The notes below the pieces were generated by a model, which did not search any database, was not told the DNA's origin, and worked only from the letters and a program-made list of their open reading frames with translations. A stretch of DNA of 64,000 bases, taken from positions 5,270,714 to 5,334,713 of the forward strand of contig MU053379.1 of assembly GCA_013239625.1 (NCBI GenBank), in the 5' to 3' direction. Numbering within the stretch: position 1 is the stretch's first letter; each line of letters opens with the position of its first letter. The translations under genes were made by a program, and so were the position numbers. Source of the DNA: Lama guanicoe (taxonomy: Eukaryota). Below, piece after piece: positions 51,071 through 64,000 of this stretch.

Positions 51071-51684
51071 GGCTTCCCACTGGGGGGGAAGCCTCACTTA
51101 TAATTCAAAATAATAAGTTTGTACTCACACACATTTGGGGGCAGAGTGTATACCATGTGAGTGACCCAAAAATTCCAAGACAAGAATTTAAGTTAAAGTG
51201 GTCCAAGTCAGTATAGCACTCCTGGAAACCTGGCCAAACTAAATGTAAACTCTCTCTGGGGAATGTACCTTAATCCTAGGACTCTAATCATTCCTAGAGC
51301 TAAACCTCCAAGCACCATGGGGTACAAGGTCACTAAACACACAAAGAAACAAGCTGCCATAACCATTCAAACCTGCAAAGATTACTGACATTGGAATTTT
51401 GTTACATATATAAAATGCGTATGTTTCACTTACTTTTAAAAACAGAAAAGGGGATTTGAAGTATAGAGAGCAGATTCCCCACAAAGTAAGTGTTGGATTA
51501 GTATCTGATTTCTCAACAGCAACAATGAAAGCCAGAGACAAAAAATACTATTTTCAGCAGAATAAGAGACAGTAACTGTCAGCTTTAGCCAGCGAAATGA
51601 TTCTTAAAAAATGAGGGCGAAATAAAGACATTTTCAAACGAAACTGAAGGAGTTTGCTATTACTAGATCCTGTATTTGGACCTA

Positions 51685-53193
51685 TTTCTGGATAAGAAGT
51701 GACTACAAACCCAGTGGCTTAAAAGAAAACATGTGTTGTCGCACCCAGGTTGGCTGGGTCCTCTGCTCAGGATCTCACCAGGCTGAAATCCAGGTGTCAT
51801 TCAGGGCTGCAGTCTCATCTGCGCTCCTGGTCCTCTTCCAAGCTCACCGGTTATTGACAAAATTCTGCTCCTTGCAACCGCAGAACTGAAGCCTCAACTG
51901 CTAGAGGTCACGTGGCCCGCTCCACAACGGGGCAGTGTGCTTCTTCAAGGTGAACAGGAGACTCTCTGACTTCTGACAAAGCCTGAACCCTTTTCGAGGG
52001 CTCACCTGATTAGGTCCGGTCCACCCGAAATAGCCTTTCTTTTTATTAACTCAAAGCCGACTGGTTTCTTGAGTCTTTACCTGGCCAACCTATTTAAAAT
52101 TTCAACCCCAGCCCCTCATCACGGTACTCCCTCTTTCCTTTCTTGCTTCTTGTGTGTCCACAGCACTCATGACTATGGAATCTTATGACATATTTGTGTT
52201 TATTATGTCTCTCACTCTGCTAGAATATACACCCCTTGACTTCATGGATGCTTGTCTATTTTATCCATCACTGTAGGACAATAACATATACAACAGTGTC
52301 TTGATCAGCTGACATGCCACAAACACATTTAATTAGTTAATTAATTAAAGGAATTGATGGGTATTTTACTGTGGGTCAAGAGCACAGATTCTTCATTTTG
52401 TTATAACTGCTGCTTTTTTAAAATTCTTGAAGTATAGTCAATTACAATGTGTCAATTTCTGGTGTAGAGCACAATGTCCCAGTCATGCATATACATACAA
52501 TATTTGTTTTCATATTCTTTTTCATTAAAGATTATTAAAGATACTGAATATAGTTCCCTGTGCTCTACAGAAAAAATGTTTCTTACCCATTTTTATATAT
52601 AGTGGCTACCATTTGGAAATCTCAAACTCCCAAATTTATCCCATCCCACCCCCTTCCCCCTCTCCACAACCATAACCCTAAGATTGTTTACTGTGTCTGC
52701 GAGTCTGTTCCTGTTATGTAGATGAGTTCATCAGTGTCCTCTTTTTTCTTTTTTTAGATTCCACATATGAGTGATATCATATGGTATTTTTCTTTCTCTT
52801 TCTGGCTGACTTCACTTAGAATGACGATCTCCAGGTCCTTCCATGTAGCTGCAAAATGCTTATTTATTTAATGAATGAATTAATGAATGACTCAAACCTT
52901 GGAAAGCTTTGAGGAACTCAAACACAGAAAAATGTAACTGAAAGAGGTGAAGAAAACTATGGTAGACATGAAAAAATACTGTACACACACACACACACAG
53001 ACACACACACACAGAGCCAAATGGTTCTGGCTTTCATTACATCAGCAAATCCCTTTACCAGATATATAACATATTGCAGGAGTAAACTGCCATCATGTTC
53101 AGGAGTTCTTCGCACACTCAGGAGGAGATTTTGGAGAATGTGTACACTAGGGGGTAGGAAACTTGGGAGCCACCTTAGAAGTCTGTCTACCAC
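51685..53193 (-). mobile_element. MaLR (MLT1-like) LTR pieces (51685-52065, 53015-53193) separated by an L2-like fragment, an L1 3' end (52415-52855, minus) and (CA)n (52983-53012)
   Basis: MLT1 phrases (CAGTGGCTTAAAA..., GGCTGGGTCCTCTGCTCAGG, TCTGTCTACCACA terminus). Confidence 0.6.
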
Positions 53194-54442
53194 AAATCCT
53201 CATCAAAGAAATTTCTAAGGATATACTTCAAGATAGGAAAATAATCTCAGATAGAAGATCTGAGACATAAAAAAGAACAGTGAGCAAAGAAAATATTAAA
53301 TATATGGGTAAATCTACGCAAATATCAACTGATAAAAATATCAATTTTGTTATTGAAAATAACAAAATACCTGATTTATGAAATTAATGAAATAATTAAA
53401 ATACTGGGTTACAAAAGTATACAAATTCAAAGGGAATGATTAATGTTGAAGAATTCTAAGATCCATGTACTGTTTAAAAGAAAAATAAAGATATTGATTA
53501 AAGATACTGTTAAATTAAACATACAGGTTAAAATTTTTAGACAAACCAATAAAGAACAGAAATAGACTGTATACTTTCAAAACAGGAGAGGGAGGTTAAA
53601 AATGGAAAAATTACTCCACTGCACCCTAAGATGCTCCTTCCCAGCCTTCTGTCCTCACTCAGGGTCAGACTGGTCTCACTGTCTGGTGGGTCTCCCAGCT
53701 TCTCCTCCATTTTCCCTCACAGCTATTTCGCCTGTCAAGTTTCTTGTACACCTAACCCTCAATTAATTGGCATTTGCTTCTCATATGATGTCCCTGGATG
53801 AACACAAATTCATTTTATAAAATGAATACACCCACGACAGCAAAACCAGACAATGGCAATGTAAGTAAGGAAAAGGGCAGTATAGCCAGTCTTATTTAAG
53901 GACGCAGCAAAAAGTTCCAAAGGAAAGCATGAGCATACTAAATTTAGCAATGTATATGAAAGTAATACTCTGACCAAGTTGGTTTAAAAGCAAGTTCGGT
54001 TTCATACTAGAAAATCAATTAAGGTCTCGGAAAAGAAACAAGATTTATCATAGCTGAAAGGGGAGAAATAAATCTGTTATTATCCCTCGATGGTGTGATG
54101 TTCTATGTGGAATAACTACAGATAACTTATTAGAATTAGAGAACTTAATAAAGTTGTCTGATACATGATTAATATATGAGTTTTAAAATACCACATGCAA
54201 TAGCATAAAAAGCAGGGTACCTGGAATTACAGTAAAACTTATGCATGATCTTTATGGATAAAATTATTAAAAACTTTATGAAGGTATTAATGAGACTTAA
54301 ATAGATGTAAGTACACCGTGTTCACGTTCAGGGCCACTCGCTATCATACACACATCGATCCTCCCACGTAGATGCAGCGCAATCCCAAAAGGATTTGTTT
54401 GTGTGAAATTTGAAAAGCTGATTCCAAAAGTTATGCTGATGA

Positions 54443-54535
54443 GGGAGAGGGTGTGGCTCAGCGGCAGAGAGCGTGCTCAGCATGCACGAGGTCCTAGGTT
54501 CAATCCCCAGGACCCCCATTAAAAAAAAAAAACAA
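54443..54535 (+). mobile_element. tRNA-derived SINE (Vic-1-like) with an imperfect TSD
   Basis: A/B boxes and poly-A; AAAGTTATGCTGATGA before, AAACTTCTGCTGATGA after. Confidence 0.87.
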
Positions 54536-55124
54536 ACTTCTGCTGATGAACAAAGACCCCAGAAAAGAAGCAGTGGGCTCTCACTCCGAGAATTCACCTG
54601 CCTTATCACATGACTCAGAGCCTAGTAGAAGCTGGCTCGATAGAAAGATGGAACCATTACGGGGCTCTTACCGAACCAGCTGGGACACACCACCTTGAGA
54701 AGCTGGGGTGCAGCCCTACAGCACGTGGTGTATGCCTTCATCCAGAGGACACTACGTGGTGCTGCCTCCCTGAAGCCAGGACCCGAGAGGCACAGGTGGA
54801 AGCCCCCCTTTCCCTGGCGCCCTAATAGCCACCACCGGAAGGACTTTCTCTCCCCGTCATCACAACGTGGGGCTCGGTAGGTCTGGAGATCCTAGTGCCC
54901 AAGCGATGAACACTTCCATCTGAGAACTGACTATAAAGTGGAAGCTGAAACTGCCCTCAGGCTAAGCTGAGCTCTCATGCACCGGAGCCAACAGGAAGAG
55001 GAAGTGGTCATTACACCGAACAAGGTGATTGACTGACCCTTGGAACTGACAAGCAGAAGGCATAATCTGAGTGAGGGCTGGGAGTCAGGGGAAGGTGGCG
55101 AGTCAGGGCGGGGGTAACAGAGGT

Positions 55125-58100
55125 TCAGCTCATCTTGTCTAGATGTGTTAGTCGGGCTGAAGTATCCCAGAGGCTTTGGGCGACGTGAGGATCTCGGGCA
55201 GCTTTAGGGGCAAGAGTCATCACACAGGAACTGCTAGAATGTTTTCCAGAAATGCCATGTAGCTCCTTTGCCAAGCTCAGGTAGAGCGCTGGGACTGCAC
55301 CCTGTCTGCTGTTCTGCAGAGACATGGGGGTGAGGGGGAGGAGGAGGGATAAAAGCCAGGCAGGCTGTAGCCTGAAGGGACACACTGCGCAGCAGACCCC
55401 CTGCCCCAAGCCCTTCAGGCAGAGCCAGCTCCTCCCCACCCACCCTAAAGAAGAGGCTGAGCCAGAAGATGAAACGATGGAACAAGAGAAATTCTTCATG
55501 GTCTCCGTGTATACAACGCCAGGGTCCACGGAGCTCACAGTCACACCTGTGAGAGGGAGAAACAGGTGTAGTGCAAAGCAGAGAGGAGGAAAGGGTTAAA
55601 CATGGTTCTACAACGTGCGAAAAAGGGAGGACCCTACCAGCCCTGCTGGGTGGAGGTGACCCGGAAGTCAGGGTTCTGTAACTCACATGAATGGCGATAT
55701 CCGACCAGGAAGGGGACTTCAGTGCTTGAAACTGTTGGATGAACTTTAGCGGGGAGCACAGTGGATGGTGTTGGTATTGGAAAGTACTGGGAGAGGGAGT
55801 TGTGGGCGATGAGAATTGGAAGAAAGGTTGAAGAGGAGATGTGAAGATGGGGTTGAGAGAAACAGAGGGCACACAGATGATAAAGGGTGGAGGTAAACAG
55901 CTGGCTCGGGGGATGCTGGGAATATTTCGTGGACAGAACATGTTGGGATGAGATGTGAAGGACTGAGAGGTGCCTTGGGAGTGGAGGAGTAGGGGCTGCC
56001 AGAGGCAAGTACCTGTCCCTTGAAGTCTCTGGGCCAGCTTCCCAGCGAATGAGGCCAAAGGCATTTGCTGCAATCATAGTTCTGGTTGAAGGTCAAAGGT
56101 CTGCCAGCCCCCATCAGATGTTCCTCATCAATGTACCCTTTCTCTTCCCGGAAGGAAGACACATTGGCCACTCGGGCTGCCCCTGCCCGTTGTAGGGTCC
56201 CTGGGAGGAGGGAGGACCACACACTTTCAGCGCAAGTCCTGCAGCAGACTCCCCTGCCCACTCCCCAGCCTGCTTCTTCATGAGACTCCAGGAGAGCAGG
56301 CCGCCCACGCAGGCGCCCAGGTGAGGCGCAGGACGGCTGAATGTGGCCTGAGACTGCATTTCCATCTCAGCTGCTTTCCTCAGGCTTTCTCTCCTGTTTT
56401 ATTTAGTGTGTCTTTTGTTTTGTTTGGGGGTTTTGTTTATTGTTTCTTGTGGGGTTTTTTTTGCCTAAAATAAAAGTGGAGTTTTGCCTTGCTTTTCTTC
56501 CACTTGCCAGCTGGAGGTAATGTAATTGATCCTGGTTCATGTTTTTAATCTCACTGAGGGCTAAGAGGGGGAAGGAGAGACTGGAAATGCTGTGAAAGCT
56601 GTCTTTCACACATTCATACACTCAGTCACTTACTTATTCATCGCGCGACTATCCATTAGGCCCCTGGACCCCGGCAGACACAACCTATGGGCTAAGGGCA
56701 TACAGGTGCTAAGTTCAGGGGAAAAGAAACATATGCAGAGATACTTGGAAAAGTGGGGCTTAAAAAAAACTTTTTAAACTACCTTCAGAAAGAAAGTGTA
56801 ATTAGTATCAAGAGAACAAGTTAAATCTTAAAAAAAGAAAAAGAAAAAAAGAGTATCTAATAAAAAAAAAGTCTGGATTATAGAAAGTGTGAAAAATACT
56901 AGCTGTCACGTATGAGTTTGCCTGTTGTTTCAAAATGCTAAAACTGTCTTGAGCCTACATTTAAAGGAAGAATCACAAATGAAAAGCTGAGCAGGAGGTA
57001 TCTAGCCAAAACCTGCTGGAGAGAAAATCATTCTTAAAGAGGACAATGGACCCAAACTCGCAGACACAGTGACGTGAAGGCCAAGGGGGCTCGCAGCCGA
57101 GCTGGAGGCTGATCTTCATGCAGCAGCATCAGGGCAGGAGCAGAGACATGCACAGGGGCCTCAGGAGCCCTGGAAGTGGGGCAGCCGGGGAGGCAGAGGG
57201 GTGAGGGCAGAGCCCACAGCACAAGCGGTATCTGTGCTGGGTGTGGGCAGCTGAGCTAGCGCTACTCTACCTTAAAGGGATGGGAAGGGATATTCCAGAT
57301 AAAGGGAAACAGACGTGCAAAAGCGCAGCCAGAATTGAAAAACAGAGTGGTCCAAGAGACACAGATCGGCTGGCTGGTGACAAGAGTGTAGGTCTGGGAA
57401 AGGCAACGGTGAGGTTCCCAGTCTGCAGACGGACTTGTAAGTGGGGAGAAGCAGCTTAGTTTTTATGTCTATAAAGCACAGAGCACCTTCAAAGGACCTG
57501 AAGCAAGACAGTGGTATGACGAACGGTGATTTGGTGGCAGGAGGGGAGACAGGAGAGAAGACAGTTTAAGGAACTGTTATAAGCGAGGCACAGACAGGAT
57601 GTTGTAGCATAGTGCGCATTTTGGAAAGGGGAAGAAACATATGTACTTGCAAATGTGCAGATTCTGGCCTTGCTCTTTCTTCACTTTCCAGGTGGGGCCA
57701 CTTTAATTGCCCCCCAGGAGGGGGGTGGGCAGCTGCTTCTCAAGGAGAGGAGACTTCTTCCCTTTCCTTTTATTCCTTTTCTCCTTTTTTTCTGCATACC
57801 CTCTTGTACACTTTCATGCTTTCGATTTTGTTCTTTGTATTACCTGGCCAAAAACTAACCAGCTTCCTCAGAGGCTATTAGACAACCTGGAAAACATTGT
57901 TAGGGAGGATGTGCCTGCCACCCACCCCCACCTCCCCAGGAAGAACCTCCTCAACCCCAGCAGCCCAGTGACCTCAGGAAGCTTCTGCTGAGACGCCTGA
58001 CTCCTGGCCGGGCTAGTACGCAGACCTGGGGAAGGAGAGGCGGCCGGTACAGATCTTACACCTTCTTGTATTTGGGGCTGACTGATTCGGTTACCAGCCT

Positions 58101-59242
58101 CCTAATCCTGGCTGGTGCCAAGTGGGTTCCCCTGCTGTGTCCAGCAAAAGTGTACTGGGTCATCGTTCAGCAAGCATCTGGGTGCCATGGGAGGCGGTAA
58201 GCCACGACAATGCCAGAGGAGTGAAGACACAGGGGCAGCACAGAAGATAAGCACCCAACCTTCCTTACCTTGGAGCAGATTTGTGAGCAGAAAGGGTCCA
58301 GTGTAGTTGGTGGCAAGGGTGACAGCAAGGCCCTCTGGAGCACGTGTTGTGGGCAATCATGGGAGGAGACGAAAACACAGGTGGTGGGTGATGGAATGAC
58401 AGCCCTGAGGGAGATGGTGTCTGGGGAGGATATAGTGAGGTTCAGTAGAAAAAGCCCCAGGAGCACGTATGTGCCAACATCGGGGCAGTGAAGTGTGAAG
58501 CTACAACTTAAGGTAGGCTTTTTAGGACAGTGTCCGAATTAAGGGTGTTGCCACAGGACATGCAGATTAGGCTTAGGGGATGCCTGTTTTGGGGTCCCTG
58601 AGCCAGAAAGGAGGCTCCTGAAATGCATTTAGGGGAAGTCAGTCAAGACACACACCGCAGACTGCAGCATTGTTAACCAGTAGGTGTATCTCTGGATGCT
58701 CACGCAGAAGCCACTGAGCAAAGCTCCGGATGGAGGCCATCGAGCTCACGTCCACCTCACCAAGCAGGAGCTGGTTGCTCTGTGAGGCTGCTCGTATCTG
58801 GGCCAGGGCTCGCTGTCCACGCTCACGGCTGTGGCAGGCCAGGATCACACGCGCCCCGCGGCGGGCCAGCTCCTGGGACACAGCCTTCCCAATGCCTGTG
58901 GGAGGGCAGCTTCAGAGAAGGCTGGTCCGGGGAGCGCGGAGAGGGCAGCGGAGCAAGGGGAGAGACAAGGGTCTGACAGAGGGTGCTGATCCTCCTCTCT
59001 GCCCTCCCTGTTGGGGCTGTTGGAGGCTGTGGCCTGTGTGAGGTGACAGGGCAGGATGAGCACTCACCGCTCTTGGCCCCAGTCACCACTGCCGTCTTCC
59101 CGGTCAGGTCTGTGGAGCAGTGCTGGAGGTCCCAGAGATAACACTTTCGCCAGGTATACACACTTAGTCTAAGCAGGAGGACCACAGTGAGGACAGAGCT
59201 GGGCCCCCAGACTGGGGTGCAGAGTAGAAACCACAGTGACAT
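55125..59242 (-). pseudogene. Unprocessed short-chain dehydrogenase/reductase (RDH11/12/DHRS13-like) pseudogene; exons 59068-59242, 58656-58895, 58269-58358, 56013-56200, 55444-55546, 55125-55313
   Basis: N-terminal hydrophobic anchor; TGAKSGIG; LVNNAAV; ATNYTGPFLLTNLL; NVSS; YDCSK; VDPGVV. Exon-3 acceptor is AT not AG; frameshifts in exons 4 (188 nt) and 5 (103 nt). Confidence 0.9.
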
Positions 59243-59924
59243 AGCAGAGAATGCTGGCCTGTCAGTGGAAGGTTGCCCACATAGAAGGTGGGGAGGGACT
59301 AGCCAAAGCGAAACGGAGACTAACCAAGAGGTTGGCGTGGAGCAGACCCAAAATTTAAGGAGGCATTCTCTCTTGGAAGTGTTGGAGCTCCCCGTTTGAA
59401 CCTGAGAGTGAGTTCCTCCTTTAATTGTTTTCCCTAGTAACCTGATTGCCTCACTCCAATGCTGGCCCATGTCAAAGGTCAAGAGAGCTGGGACTACCCT
59501 GAGCCCTGCATAGGCTCAGATTTGTCTCCACATGAAACTTGGATTTGCGCGCTAAGGTGAACTGAGAGAGACCCAGGGACTGGAAATCAAATTCCTCATG
59601 CCTTGAATCGCTCTGTGCTCATGCAGGGCCATCCCCTTCCTCCCCTACTGGAATGAGACTCAATGAACGCTCCAAACTGAGACAGACCCCCACTCGCAAC
59701 TCTTACGTCTGCTCCTTTGCAGACAGATGGCTCTCCAGACTGCCTCTGCTGGGGAGTCACCTTGGCCCTAAAGCAGGGTCCCCTAAGGGTGGTAATGCAC
59801 TTATTCCCGGGAGTCAGTGTTCTATCTTCTAGGCCTGCAGGACAACTGCTCCTCTCCAGTTCCGTGAGCGCACACTTCGAAGAAACTGACAGGCATGGGG
59901 CCAATTGTTAAAGCAACGCGGGTG

Positions 59925-60640
59925 TTTATTTCTGGCAGGCAGACAGAAGGTAGGCGGGATTCCCACTGCCTGAGGTTCAGGGCCCAGGATGGGGCAGGTG
60001 CTTGGAGGGGAGTGATGATATTTGGGGACCTGAGTTTTTTGTTGGCTGTGCCACCGTCACTTGGGGTTCTGGGGCACCCGTGTGGATGGGACGAGAGGTG
60101 CTGCCCTCTTTGTCCTCCTGTTGAGGTTCAGCAGGGCTAAGCAGCTGCTTGGTGGCTGGGTTCCACGTGCTCGCACCAGGAGCCATCTTCAGCACTTTCG
60201 GCAGCAACGTGGGCTTCCTCACCACCTGGGACATGGCCTTGAGAACTCCAGGCACAGGGTGAGGCCCCTTCTGAAGATCCTGGCTCTCCTGATCCTTGGG
60301 GTCCAGGCCCTGCAGGAGTACGCGGGTGCAGCCCACCCACAGCTCACGCAGCAACTGGGCCTCCCCCTCCCAGCTGCTGGGTCACTAGGAACCCGGCCAG
60401 AGTTTGGATCTGGGGCTGCGGGCCACAGTGGGGAGCCCCAGGTGCGTGGTGAGAATGCAGAGGCTAGGACTGGGGAAGGGCAGCTTCGAAGCGAAGCCTG
60501 GCGACGGTAAGCCTAGGTTTCAAGCAGGGAATTGGAGGCTGGGGCTGGGACTCAACTCTCAGATGGGAACCCCAGGCAGGAGAGGGAAGAAAACTGACGG
60601 CGAGATGTGGACACAGGAGACAGAGGACCTAAGGCTGGAG
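59925..60640 (-). pseudogene. Decayed terminal exon of the C2orf81-like gene
   Basis: SPSVFFPLLPGVPI*...FPA*NLGLPSP...KLWPGS**PSSWEGEAQLLRELW...LPSKHLPHPGP*; in-frame stops at 60561, 60522, 60387, 60384; AATAAA at 59925-59930. Confidence 0.85.
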
Positions 60641-60644
60641 CAGT

Positions 60645-61321
<677 letters not shown>

Positions 61322-61434
61322 TCAAGTTGCCTAATAGGAAAGAAAAAACCTTTGAAAGGGACAGTTTACTAGGAGCCTAGTATGGGACAGATGCCTTCCG
61401 GGTGTGTGACCCAGCTAATTCAATTTTCCTAACA

Positions 61435-62140
61435 GCTCACTAAGCCCATTTTACAGACAAAGAAACTTAAACTTGGCAGAAGTCAACCTATACTTGCTTG
61501 AGATTAGACTCTGAACCCAGGCTATGTGTGGCTCTAACCACAGAGTCCTTGTTATTTGCACTAGTTTAAAGTGTTCAAAACTCTTCAGAGTTCAAAGAAC
61601 TTAAGAAAGATGAGTCAACAAACAGTGCTGGAATTACTGGTGTGTTTAGAGTCTCCTCTCCTCCCCCAAATCAACTTAGGTCCTCATTTCACAATATACA
61701 TCTCAATAAATTCCAGCTGAATTAAAGGATAAACACACACACACAAATTAAAGAACATAAAAACAAAAAATAAAATGTAGGAAAAGTAGTTTAAATTGTT
61801 ATATAATCTCTGGGTGAGAGAGAACTACCTAAGCATAAAAGTCATGTAAGAAATGGGTAGAAAAGTGTATACATATAGGTCAAACTTTCCTGTTATTTTT
61901 TTTAAATATTCCGATTTACAAGCTGATAATAGTAATTTCCACTTACTGCCACTTAAACCCTATCAGTCATATACATGGATTCAATTGCCACATTTTTTAG
62001 TATATGTACGAAAATACTAGAGTATCTTATCCCCATTTTACAGAATTTGCCCAGGATCAGAGAGCAAGGAAGTAGTGGAGTCATAATTCGTATGCAGACA
62101 GGTCAGACTCCAGAACTTGGCTTTCTCCTGCTTCCTAAAC
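61435..62140 (+). mobile_element. Two MIR-like fragments (~61435-61560 and ~62020-62140)
   Basis: CCCATTTTACAGA core wording in both. Confidence 0.55.
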
Positions 62141-63511
62141 AAATACAAATATTTCCAACAAATATTAAAAAGGATAAATATCCCCCAAAATACTAAAAAT
62201 GCACATACAATTTTTTAAAAATTGTAAGACTCCCAAGAATAATAAGCAAAGGACATAATATATCATAAAACTGGAACTGTGGATGACAGCATTTGAAAAG
62301 ACGTGCAACTTTCAAAAATATGAACTCCAGTTTTATAAATATACCAAAAAGCATATTCTGAAATGAAAATAAAAATATACTCTCTAAAATATTTCCTGTA
62401 ATGTCATTTATGACAGCAGAATGCTGAAAACATAGATCTAACAAAAAGAGAAAAGACGGCTAATTGTGTACGGGCTATGTGATGGAATATTATCCCATGG
62501 TTGGAGGTAATGTTTAGGAAGAATTTACAATAGAGTAGTTAAATAGTTATATGTTAAATGAAAGAAACAGGATACAAAATTACATCAGGTATGATCTCAG
62601 ATATGTAAATCAACAGGTGCTGAAGAAAAGGAAAAGCCCAAAATTGTAACAGTGGGAAAAAATTTCTGTAACAGTGGATGTTTCTTTTCTACACTCCTCT
62701 CCATTTTGTAAGGTTTCTACAACGATTTTGTATCCTTTCAGAATCAAGAAAAATCCACTGAGAAGGAAAACAAAACCCTAGACCCCCAAACCCATTAACG
62801 ACACAGGAATTTACTAGCAGACTCTTAGGCGCCTCCTCACTCCCCCACAAGTTTCCCTGAACCTGATTCCTTCCAAAATTCACCTCCCAACAAAATCTTC
62901 CCAAGCCTTTGCCCCCCCACCCCAACCTTACTGCCTCATACATGGTGTTCCCCCAAATTCATTCTCCTTCATCCTGAGTTCCCTAAACCTCACGCTGAGC
63001 TCAGAACTCCTCAAGCCTCGCTGCCCCTCTCTGCCGGCGGGACAGCCCTGGAGGCAAGCCCGGGGAACGGCCGCAACTCAGCCCCGGCTTGGCCGGAGCA
63101 GGGCAGGCAGTGTGGGAGAGGAGGGTCCGTCTCTCCTCCCGAAATTCTCAGAAGGGCTCATTCCCCTAGCGACTGCTCTCCCTGGGCCTGGCCGCTGCTG
63201 GTTGCTGCCTTGAAGCGGGCGACTCAACGTGACAGGCTTCCTACGCGCACCGGCAGCTCCCAGTCACGGCTCGCTCCTGGGCTCCGCGCCACCCGCCGAG
63301 CCCCGCCCCCGGCTTCCCGGCGCGACGGCGCGTCTGCGTGCGCGCGGCGCAGGCGGGGCTTCCCGCCCCGGCGCACGGACGCGGCTCCCCCGACCGCCCG
63401 AGCGCCCGCGTGGCGGGCGGGCGCCTGCGCTCCGAGCCGGCCCCGGACGCGGCCCCGGGTCCGAACGGGCGGTCCCCGCTCTGGCGCAGCCTCCGCTGAG
63501 CTTCAGCTCAC

Positions 63512-63529
63512 CGAGCCTTTGTCCGCCAT
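63512..63529 (-). CDS. C2orf81-like gene, coding exon 1 (MADKGS)
   Basis: GCCATGG Kozak; phase-0 donor TCG|GTGAGC; parallels remembered human MAHEGS first exon. Confidence 0.75.
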
Positions 63530-63688
63530 GGCCACAGCCGCGGCTCGGATGCCGCAGCTGCACGGCTTCCTAGTCCCTCCACGGCCGCGCCGGCCTAAGG
63601 GCGCTCCGTCGAACGGCGCCCCGTCTAACGGCCGCCCCGGCAGCCGCGCCGCGCACCGCACTTCCGGGTTGCTGGCCCCACCCACAGC

Positions 63689-63717
63689 CGTGCGTGCGTG
63701 CGTGCGTGCGTGCGTGC
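63689..63717. repeat. (CGTG)n tetranucleotide repeat, ~7 copies
   Basis: CGTGCGTGCGTGCGTGCGTGCGTGCGTGC. Confidence 0.95.
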
Positions 63718-64000
63718 ATCGTCTCCATAGCGGCGGCGGACGCGGAGGGACGAGGCTCCTGGAGAAAGGAGGCCGACCTGGGGCGCCCGGTGTGCGCGCT
63801 CACCTGGCCCGGGGTCTCGGGCCGCCGAGCGGAGGGAGACAGGGCCTGGGGGCTACCTTGCTTCATCCCGCCTCGGCTGGGGCTCTTTGGGCTACTGGGA
63901 CCTGTGCCATCGCCGTGCTTTGAAAAATTGCGTGGGTCTAATACTGACATTTTCTTTGCTTTTTTCTGTATGAACTGCAAAGACAAGTTTTTAGAAAACT

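Larger units (their letters stand above)
63030..63915. promoter_or_regulatory. CpG-island promoter of the C2orf81-like gene, possibly bidirectional
   Basis: High CpG density; ETS motif CACTTCCGG at 63659-63667; (GCGT)n run. Confidence 0.85.

Noticed and set aside
63210..63923. 237-aa plus-strand ORF as WDR54 coding sequence
   Set aside because: Arg/Pro/Ala-rich CpG-island frame with no WD40-like sequence

Overview
Mammalian genomic DNA, probably camelid (tRNA-derived SINEs resemble Vic-1; no CHR/Bov-A/Alu/B1-type SINEs recognised). Left third: the intact two-exon NANP gene (minus strand, 248 aa) with a CpG-island promoter and a 39-bp GC-rich VNTR in its intron, plus a second CpG island at ~0.8-1.3 kb carrying a minus-strand non-coding first exon (NINL by synteny, inferred). 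Beyond the NANP promoter the sequence is a repeat-dense mosaic of gene fragments. It holds (i) a multi-exon RALGDS-derived, CDRT15-like pseudogene in which a hydrophobic tail stands where the GEF domain would be (18.0-19.7 kb), (ii) a degenerate telomere-like tract (29.5 kb), (iii) a near full-length L1 containing a nested ORF2-less 'half-L1' (34.6-44.4 kb), and (iv) a block homologous to human 2p13: a six-exon RDH/SDR pseudogene and a C2orf81 homologue whose N-terminal exons are intact (predicted 181-aa ORF) while its last exon is deleted and stop-riddled, ending in a CpG island. Protein identifications rest on remembered reference sequences and need database confirmation.
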